The notes under the pieces are model-generated. The model was given only the letters and a program-made list of their open reading frames with translations, was not told the origin of the DNA and ran no database searches. From Candidatus Latescibacterota bacterium (GTDB taxonomy: Bacteria; Latescibacterota; UBA2968; GCA-2709665), in NCBI GenBank assembly GCA_965219995.1, contig CBDCOX010000002.1:3776001-3840000 (forward strand): a DNA stretch of 64,000 nucleotides, in the 5' to 3' direction. This document shows positions 57,060 to 64,000 of the stretch, one piece after another. Numbering within the stretch: position 1 is the first letter of the stretch; the number at the start of each line of letters is the position of its first letter. The translations under genes and the position numbers were made by a program.

Positions 57060-57806
57060 CTACGGTTTCGCATCGGGATCGCTATCCGATGAATGGGGCG
57101 GCTCCTTCAAAAACGAAATATCGTCGTAATCCGCTTTCACGAGCGTCTTCGTATTGTCCGAATCCGTAAGTACTGCAATGGCGCCGACGAGTCGCGGGTC
57201 GCTGCCGAATAAGCGTCTGTAATCTTCGTATGCGTTGACCTCTTCCCAGATCCAACTGCCCGCCCTGCCGGGTCCGGATTGCAGGACAATCACCTTCGTA
57301 CTTCCGGTGTGCGGGCTTTCCGTCTCGGTGCCTGGGGGAAGCGCCGCACTCCACACGTACTTGAGCGTCTTGATCCGCCTCCCGCGCCCGAATACAAGGC
57401 GCACGGCCGCCGCGCTGTCATTGGTCTTCTTGTAGTTTTCGTTAGCGCCCGCCGGGAGGCTGTGCACCCGCCACCGCCACCTGAGCTTTTTCCAGACACG
57501 CAAGTTGACTCTTACGGGCAGGCCCGCATTCGTCGCTCTGCCGACGGTCTCCGCTCTCAGAAAATGGTCGCCGTTTTCGACCTGAATCGTGTAGTAGAGA
57601 TCCTCCTTCTTGTTTGTCTTCCTGTGGAACCAGCCCGATCTTCCTTCCCAATTGCTGGGAAACCGCCCGATTTGACCGGGGTACTCGAATCGCTCAAGAG
57701 TCAGAATGGAGTCTCCGGAAGGCGTATGAAAGTGGGCCGGAGGATCGGCCGCGTGTGCGGTCGATCCGATCACGATTCCCAGGAGGATTTTGTGGATTCG
57801 TATCAT
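57060..57806 (-). CDS. DUF3047 domain secreted protein
   Basis: Signal peptide (AHA-A); LRWRWRV, DSAAAV, LKYVWS and TDSDNT motifs. Confidence 0.8.
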   Translation of the reverse strand: MIRIHKILLGIVIGSTAHAADPPAHFHTPSGDSILTLERFEYPGQIGRFPSNWEGRSGWFHRKTNKKEDLYYTIQVENGDHFLRAETVGRATNAGLPVRVNLRVWKKLRWRWRVHSLPAGANENYKKTNDSAAAVRLVFGRGRRIKTLKYVWSAALPPGTETESPHTGSTKVIVLQSGPGRAGSWIWEEVNAYEDYRRLFGSDPRLVGAIAVLTDSDNTKTLVKADYDDISFLKEPPHSSDSDPDAKP

Positions 57807-58062
57807 AAAGTTCAGGTCATTCCCGCTTCGTGATCGCTGCGGAACCGGGTAATCCGCGCGGAATACGCCCTGGATCCGGACCTCCGGGGGCAACCTGCGG
57901 TGTATTCAGAAAATATAGGAAATAGACTCTTCAAGGTGTACAAAAAAGCCCGAAAACAGACCTTCGGCCCGGCCCGCGGAACGGGCATAAAGATACCGCC
58001 ACGGTACCCAATTCCGTGGCGGTGACGGTTCGTTTCTTTGTCACAAAGCACTCACTAATTCG

Positions 58063-59193
58063 TTACGTGCCGAACTCCTGCGCGAATCGGACAAAATCGC
58101 CAAACCCAATGCGGCCGTCTCCGTCCAGGTCAAATCTTGTCTCGAAGTCCCGGTCCCCTGCTTCGGAACCGAACGCCTTCGCGAAAATCAGGAAATCGCT
58201 GAAGTCCACCCGGCCGCTGCCGTCGAAATCCGCCGGTTTCTCCCCGACGCTGACAGTCACCGCGGGCAGGATGCCTTCGCCGAATTTCCATGGGGTCCCC
58301 CAGGTCACCGTCTTCACGTCCGTATCCACCGATCCGACGTGATACCAGAGATCCAAACTGTTGTGGGACTCATGCATCTCCATGACGATTCCGTTGTCCA
58401 GCGCGACGTTGGGCGCGATGCCCGGATCGAATCGAATCGCCTCCCCCCACTCGACGCTCTTGCGCTCCGCGTCCAGCTCGCCCACGCGATACCACAGGCG
58501 AAGCCCGCCGATCGACTCATGCATCTCCACGACCAGTCCATCGTCCATATCCACGGAGGGCGTCTGGCCGCCATCGTATTCCTGCGCGTCACCCCACGCG
58601 ATGGACTTCGAAGTGGTATCCACGGCGCCTACATTGTACCATAGCTGTTCCCCTTCTTCGGACTGGTGGACTTCCACGACCACACCGTCAGACAGCGCCA
58701 CCGAAGGGAACCGCCCCCCGTCGAACTTCTCCGAATCGCCCCAGACAATCGAATCGGCTACGGCATCCACGATGCCCACGTGGTACCACAGGTTTGTGCC
58801 GGTGTGCGACTGGTGCACCTCCACCACCACCCGGCCGTCGAGCGCCACCATCGGGTACTGGCCCGCGTCGAACCTCCTCCCCGCGCCCCACCGGATCGTC
58901 TTTGTCTCCGCGCCGACCGCGCCGACCTTGTACCACAGATTCGTTCCCTGGTGGGACTGGTGTACTTCCACGACAAGCCTGCCGTCCACGGCAACGGACG
59001 GGAACCGGCCGTCGTCGTGCGCGCCTACCTCACCCCAGTCGACGGTCTCTGACCGGGCGTCGATCACGCCGACCCGGTACCGCAACTCCGTCTCTTCTTC
59101 CTCCTGGTGCATCTCCACAACCACGTCGGCCGCAGGGATTGAAGACCCCCAGAGGCACACACTCAGAAATATCGTGAATCGAACGGCTCGCAT
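58063..59193 (-). CDS. Secreted six-repeat (putative beta-propeller) protein with C-terminal dockerin/EF-hand-like domain
   Basis: Six ~49-aa repeats VVEVHQ...LWY.VG...WG...D.G..P.VA; DFDGSGRVDFSDF and DLDGDGRIGFGDF. Confidence 0.8.
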   Translation of the reverse strand: MRAVRFTIFLSVCLWGSSIPAADVVVEMHQEEEETELRYRVGVIDARSETVDWGEVGAHDDGRFPSVAVDGRLVVEVHQSHQGTNLWYKVGAVGAETKTIRWGAGRRFDAGQYPMVALDGRVVVEVHQSHTGTNLWYHVGIVDAVADSIVWGDSEKFDGGRFPSVALSDGVVVEVHQSEEGEQLWYNVGAVDTTSKSIAWGDAQEYDGGQTPSVDMDDGLVVEMHESIGGLRLWYRVGELDAERKSVEWGEAIRFDPGIAPNVALDNGIVMEMHESHNSLDLWYHVGSVDTDVKTVTWGTPWKFGEGILPAVTVSVGEKPADFDGSGRVDFSDFLIFAKAFGSEAGDRDFETRFDLDGDGRIGFGDFVRFAQEFGT

Positions 59194-59264
59194 AACGTTC
59201 CCGTACGGTATTGCAAGACCGGGTATCGACCCCACCGGCGCGCGGACGGTCAGAATCCGGCCGC

Positions 59265-60020
59265 CTATTTCAGGCAGAAACCCCCGTCCACTTTCAGGAT
59301 CGTACCCGTGATATAGTCCGCCGCGTCGGAACAGAGAAACGCCGCCGCTTTGCCCAGGTCTTCAATGGTGGCCAGCCGGCCCCATGGCAATCCCCCGGCC
59401 GCCTCTTTGATCTGCTCGTCCGTGGCGAATTGCCTTTCGCCCGGCGTGTCTGTATAACCGGGTTCGATCACGTTGGCGCGGATACGGTGCGGGGCGAGTT
59501 CAGCCGCGATGGTTCGGCACATCTGGTTGATGCCCGCCTTGGCCGAGTTGTACGCCATGGACGTCGGCATCGGCACCTCCGCCAGCACGGAACTGATGAA
59601 CAGGACGCTGCCGCCGCCACCCTGGTCCACCATCTGCCGCGCGCCGGCCTGGGCCGTGTGGAAGCTGCCCCACAGGCAGACCTCCCACGTCCTCCGTACC
59701 GCCTCCGTCGACAGTTCCAGAAACGGTTCGCGCTTGCTGTAATAGGCGTTGGCGACGACGATATCCAGCCTGCCGAACCGGTTCACCGCTGCTTCCACCA
59801 TCCGGTCCACCGCCGCTCGATCCGACACATCGGCCTGCACCACAATCGCTTCCCGACCCTGTGCGCGGACTTCGTTCGCAACGTCTTCCGCGTCTTCGGG
59901 ATGCGAATGGTAATTCACGGCGATATCGGCCCCGGCACGGGCCATCTCCACCGCGCAACCCCGTCCGATGCCTCTGGAAGACCCGGTAATCAATGCAACC
60001 CTGCCAGTCATGTCGACCAT
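59265..60020 (-). CDS. Short-chain dehydrogenase/reductase
   Basis: TGSSRGIG, YNSAK and VDGG motifs. Confidence 0.95.
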   Translation of the reverse strand: MVDMTGRVALITGSSRGIGRGCAVEMARAGADIAVNYHSHPEDAEDVANEVRAQGREAIVVQADVSDRAAVDRMVEAAVNRFGRLDIVVANAYYSKREPFLELSTEAVRRTWEVCLWGSFHTAQAGARQMVDQGGGGSVLFISSVLAEVPMPTSMAYNSAKAGINQMCRTIAAELAPHRIRANVIEPGYTDTPGERQFATDEQIKEAAGGLPWGRLATIEDLGKAAAFLCSDAADYITGTILKVDGGFCLK

Positions 60021-60076
60021 AAGGACCCTTCCTGTTCCACAATGTCGTCAGTATGGGACGCGCGGGAACGCGGGTA

Positions 60077-63000
60077 CTATCCCTCGGCGGAACCTCCAGG
60101 AGATCCGGCGCCCGAGGGAACGGGTTCGCCCAACGCATCCCTCGCGGTCCGTTCCACCTGCTGGTACTGCGCTTTCCGCCGGCGGGTTTCCCGATGGGTT
60201 TCGCGATAGCGATCCGGAATCACGAGTTCGTCGCCGTGGTCGGGTGCGTGCGGCGTAACCTTCCAGAATTTGGGCAGAAATTCGTCCCATCGGGTGATGA
60301 TGGCGCTCGCCCGGCGGCTGTTGGTCTTTTCGAGGTGCCGTCCGATCGTCTTCTTCAGCATGGCGACGTCGTCCGGCTGGTTGACGCGTTCGATACCCAC
60401 GAGCTGCGGGTTGTATCGATTCTCGAACGATCCCTCCTCGTCCAGCACGTACGCGGTCCCGCCCGTCATTCCGGCGCCGAAGTTCCTTCCTGTGCCGCCC
60501 AGCACGATCACAACGCCGGCGGTCATGTACTCGCATCCGTGGTCGCCCACGCCCTCCACCACCGCGTGACCCCCGCTGTTTCGCACGCAGAATCTCTCGC
60601 CCGCGCATCCCGCGGCGTAGAGTATGCCTCCGGTGGCGCCGTACATGACCGTGTTGCCAATGATGGCGTTCCTGTGGCTGGGAAACGCGGCGTTGCCCGG
60701 CGGCCGCACGATGAGTTCTCCCCCGTGCATGCCCTTGCCAACATAGTCGTTGGCCTCCCCCGTCAGAACCAGCCGCAGACCGCGAATGCAGAAGGCGCCG
60801 AAGCTTTGCCCCGCACTGCCGCGGAAACGGCATTCGATCGTACTGTCGAGACCGCGGTCTCCATAATGAAACGCGATTTCTCCGGCCAGCTTGGCGCCGA
60901 CCGCGCGTCTCGTGTTCTTGATCTCGTAACTCAGCGTAATCGAACTGTTCTCTTTAATCGCATCTATTGCATCCTGAAGCAGCAGGTCGTCAATGGACGC
61001 ATCCGGCCGGTCGTTGCGCTCCCGGGTGTGCAGCCTCGGCCGGGTGCCCGCCGGATCCGGGTCGGCCAACAGATCGCTCAGGTCGATTCCCTGCCACCGC
61101 TGCTTCTTCGGGTCCACGATGGCCTCCAGGATTTCGGTCCGGCCGATCAGGCTTTCCAACGACCGGTATCCCAGCCCCGCGATGACCTCGCGGACCTCGC
61201 CGGCCAGATTGGTGAAATATCGGACCACGTGCTCCGGCGAGCCGTTGAATTTTTCCCGCAATTCAGGCTTCTGCGTGGCCACGCCAACGGGGCATGTATT
61301 CAGGTGACACTGCCGTGCCATGACGCAGCCCATAGACACCAGCGCCGCCGTGCCGAATCCGAACTCCTCAGCCCCGAGTGCTGCCGCGACGACCACGTCC
61401 CTGGCTGTCTTCAGGCCGCCGTCCACGCGAAGCATCACGCGGCCGCGCAGGTCGTTCATCACCAGCGTCTGTTGTATCTCCGCAAGGCCCAGCTCCCAGG
61501 GTCCGCCGGAGTGTTTGATCGCGCCCAACGGCGAAGCGCCCGTGCCGCCGTCGTGCCCGCTGATGTGGACCACGTCCGCGTACCCCTTGACCACGCCAGC
61601 CGCGATCGTTCCGATGCCGGCCACCGAGACCAGTTTGACGCACACCTTTGCCCGTGGATTCACCCGTTTCAGATCGTAGATCAGTTGCGCAATGTCTTCG
61701 ATACTGTAGATGTCGTGATGTGGGGGCGGCGAAATCAGCGTGACGCCGGGTACGGAGTGCCGGATGAGCGCGATTTCCGCGGATACCTTGTGTCCCGGAA
61801 GCTGACCTCCCTCGCCCGGTTTGGATCCCTGCGCCATCTTGATTTCCAGTTCCTTCGCCGAAGCCAGGTATGCGGGCGTAACGCCGAACCTGCCGGACGC
61901 CACCTGTTTGATGGCGCTGTTGGGCCAGTCTCCGTTGGGCAGTCGCCGATAACGGTCCGGGTCTTCCCCGCCTTCCCCGCTATTGCTCTTGGCGCCAATG
62001 CGGTTCAACGCAATGGCCAGCGTTTCGTGCGCCTCCCTGGAAAGCGCGCCGTGCGACATCGCGGAGGATACGAAGCGCCTGCAGATGGCCCCTGCAGGTT
62101 CCACCTCGTCGAGCGGGACCGGGCTTCCCCCACGAAATGCCATCAGGTCACGCAGCGAAGCCGCGGGCCGCCCCTCGACCAAACGCGAATAGGCCGTGAA
62201 ATCCTCGTAGTTTCCGGATTTGGCCACACTGTGGATGGCCTTGAAGACCGGGGGGTTGAAGGCATGGAATTCGCCGTCCCGCCGGAACCGGTAGATGCCG
62301 GCGTCGTTCATCGAGGGCGCCCCGTCCGGCTGGAACGCCTGCAGGTGCCTCTCGGCCGCGTCGTCCGCGATTTCCGCGAGTCCGATCCCGCCAACCTGGG
62401 ATACGGTGCCGGAGAAGTACCGGTCCACCAGGTCCGGATGCAGGCCCACGGCGTCGAAGATCTGCGCGGCGCAATAGCTGCTCAACGTGGATATACCCAT
62501 CTTGCAGATCACCTTAAGGAGTCCCGCCTCCAGCGCGCGCCGGTAGTTGTCCAGCGCTTTCGCGTAGGTGATTTCGCCTTCGAGCCGTCCGGTCCGGATC
62601 AGATCGTACAGGTTTTCGTATACAAGGTAAGGATTCACCGCGCTGGCGCCGTAACCGATCAACGAAGCAATATGGTGGACCTCCCTGGGCTCACCCGACT
62701 CCACGATCAGGCTCGCCTGCATCCGCTTTCCTTCCCGGATGAGATGATGATGGACGGCGCCCACGGCAAGAAGCATGGGGATGGGCGCATGGTTCGCATC
62801 CACGCCGCGGTCGCTCAGAATCAGCAGTGTCGTTCCGGACTCGATCGCTTGCAACGCGCGGCGGCAAATCTTGTCCAGCGCCCGTTGCAGGCCCTCGACC
62901 CCCTGGGAGGGCATAAACAATGCGGACAGCGATTCGGTTTCGAACGCGGGTAACCCGGGGCTGGCAAGCCTCCGGAATTCGGAATCCAGCAGCACAGGGG

Positions 63001-64000
63001 ATGGGATGCGGATCAGCCGCGCGTTCGCCGCCTTCTCTCTGAATATATTCCTTCGACGCCCCAGCAGTACGTCGAGAGACATCACCAGTTCTTCCCGAAG
63101 GGGGTCGATCGGCGGATTCGTGACCTGCGCGAACCGCTGCGTAAAGAAATTGTACAGTAGCTGGGGCCGCTCGGACAACATGGCCAGAGGCGTGTCATCT
63201 CCCATGGATCCGACCGGTTCCTTGCCGTCGTTCGCCATGGGTAGCAGCACAACTTCGATTTCGTCCGCGGTATACCCGAATGCCAGTTGCCTCCGGGCCA
63301 GGTCCGTCTGTTCGCCAACCGGCACGGGCTCGTTCCGGGCGTCCGACTGTTCGAAATTGACTACGTTTTCCCTCACCCATCGCCGGTAGGGCCGCCGGCC
63401 GGAAAATCGGGACTTGATCTCGTCGTTCTTCAATAACACGCCCCGCCGCGTGTCCACCGCGATCATCTGTCCCGGTCCCAGGCGCCCTTTCTCCACGACG
63501 TGGCGGTCGTCCATCTCGAGCATCCCGACCTCCGAACCCATAACGATCAGGCCGCTGTCCGTGATCTTGTACCGTGCGGGCCGCAACCCGTTCCGGTCCA
63601 ACGTGGCGCCCACGACCGCGCCGTCGCTGAACGCGACAGCGGCGGGTCCGTCCCAGGGTTCCATCAGGCAATCGTTGTATTCATAGAATCCGCGAAGATC
63701 CTCCGGCATGTCCGGGATTCCGCGATGCGCCTCCGGAATCAACATCATCATCGCGTGCATCGGATTCCGTCCGGCCACCACGAGCGTTTCGAAGACATTG
63801 TCGAGCATCGCGGAATCGCTGCGGGCCGCGTCTATTATGGGTTTGATCCGATCCAGATACCGTCCCCAGCCTCTGGACTTGAGCTCCGACTCGCGTGCCT
63901 GCATCCAGTTCACATTGCCCCGCAGGGTGTTGATTTCGCCGTTGTGGGCCAGATATCGGAACGGCTGCGCCAGAAACCAGTCGGGCAGCGTGTTGGTGCT
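60077..64000 (-). CDS. gltB: Glutamate synthase large subunit (5' end lies beyond the window)
   Basis: Frame open to the window edge (STNTLP...AHNGEINT); MEPWDGPA, LDRNGLRP, IKQVASGRFGV, CVMARQCHLNTCPVG and GXGXG domain. Confidence 0.97.
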   Translation of the reverse strand, partial: STNTLPDWFLAQPFRYLAHNGEINTLRGNVNWMQARESELKSRGWGRYLDRIKPIIDAARSDSAMLDNVFETLVVAGRNPMHAMMMLIPEAHRGIPDMPEDLRGFYEYNDCLMEPWDGPAAVAFSDGAVVGATLDRNGLRPARYKITDSGLIVMGSEVGMLEMDDRHVVEKGRLGPGQMIAVDTRRGVLLKNDEIKSRFSGRRPYRRWVRENVVNFEQSDARNEPVPVGEQTDLARRQLAFGYTADEIEVVLLPMANDGKEPVGSMGDDTPLAMLSERPQLLYNFFTQRFAQVTNPPIDPLREELVMSLDVLLGRRRNIFREKAANARLIRIPSPVLLDSEFRRLASPGLPAFETESLSALFMPSQGVEGLQRALDKICRRALQAIESGTTLLILSDRGVDANHAPIPMLLAVGAVHHHLIREGKRMQASLIVESGEPREVHHIASLIGYGASAVNPYLVYENLYDLIRTGRLEGEITYAKALDNYRRALEAGLLKVICKMGISTLSSYCAAQIFDAVGLHPDLVDRYFSGTVSQVGGIGLAEIADDAAERHLQAFQPDGAPSMNDAGIYRFRRDGEFHAFNPPVFKAIHSVAKSGNYEDFTAYSRLVEGRPAASLRDLMAFRGGSPVPLDEVEPAGAICRRFVSSAMSHGALSREAHETLAIALNRIGAKSNSGEGGEDPDRYRRLPNGDWPNSAIKQVASGRFGVTPAYLASAKELEIKMAQGSKPGEGGQLPGHKVSAEIALIRHSVPGVTLISPPPHHDIYSIEDIAQLIYDLKRVNPRAKVCVKLVSVAGIGTIAAGVVKGYADVVHISGHDGGTGASPLGAIKHSGGPWELGLAEIQQTLVMNDLRGRVMLRVDGGLKTARDVVVAAALGAEEFGFGTAALVSMGCVMARQCHLNTCPVGVATQKPELREKFNGSPEHVVRYFTNLAGEVREVIAGLGYRSLESLIGRTEILEAIVDPKKQRWQGIDLSDLLADPDPAGTRPRLHTRERNDRPDASIDDLLLQDAIDAIKENSSITLSYEIKNTRRAVGAKLAGEIAFHYGDRGLDSTIECRFRGSAGQSFGAFCIRGLRLVLTGEANDYVGKGMHGGELIVRPPGNAAFPSHRNAIIGNTVMYGATGGILYAAGCAGERFCVRNSGGHAVVEGVGDHGCEYMTAGVVIVLGGTGRNFGAGMTGGTAYVLDEEGSFENRYNPQLVGIERVNQPDDVAMLKKTIGRHLEKTNSRRASAIITRWDEFLPKFWKVTPHAPDHGDELVIPDRYRETHRETRRRKAQYQQVERTARDALGEPVPSGAGSPGGSAEG

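Noticed and set aside
60053-62953. 966-aa plus-strand ORF (likewise 11410..13608, 15664..17355, 30648..32207 and other long antisense ORFs)
   Set aside because: Antisense shadows of well-supported genes, expected from GC-rich codon usage; no motifs

Overview
GC-rich bacterial chromosomal segment. The PhyH dioxygenases, sulfatase, heparinase-like protein and DFDGSGRVDFSDF-tailed secreted protein suggest a Latescibacterota/Poribacteria-like, possibly sponge-associated organism; this is inference only. Layout: (i) 0.25-17.4 kb, a minus-strand catabolic cluster with a GH36-like protein, two ~800-aa paralogs of unknown function, a heparinase II/III-like protein, an M81 peptidase and two amidohydrolases; (ii) a rhodanese, then a His-leader attenuator upstream of methyltransferase-hisI-hisG; (iii) tandem lipoproteins, a ThDP enzyme, sulfatase, PhyH-PhyH-HAD, peroxiredoxin and dimethylglycine dehydrogenase; (iv) a ~15 kb lower-GC defence island (33.2-48.35 kb) with no recognisable integrase, bracketed by GTAG-type REP clusters and lying between the dimethylglycine dehydrogenase and a BHMT-like gene. 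It carries RDD, Phd/VapC, an HNH-like ORF, an MmeI-like RM enzyme, GHKL/MORC-nuclease + Dcm + Vsr, GIY-YIG/DUF4357, a DUF6978-like + DUF1828/1829 pair and an AAA_14 ATPase; (v) PPTase, xylonate dehydratase, isomerase, a divergent transketolase-like gene, envelope proteins, an SDR and 5'-truncated gltB. Intergenic DNA is rich in small structured elements: three copies of a heptamer-armed element, two MITE-like elements with target duplications, several REP families and paired operator-like palindromes. No rRNA, tRNA or CRISPR array was seen. All family assignments come from motif recognition by eye, not database searches.
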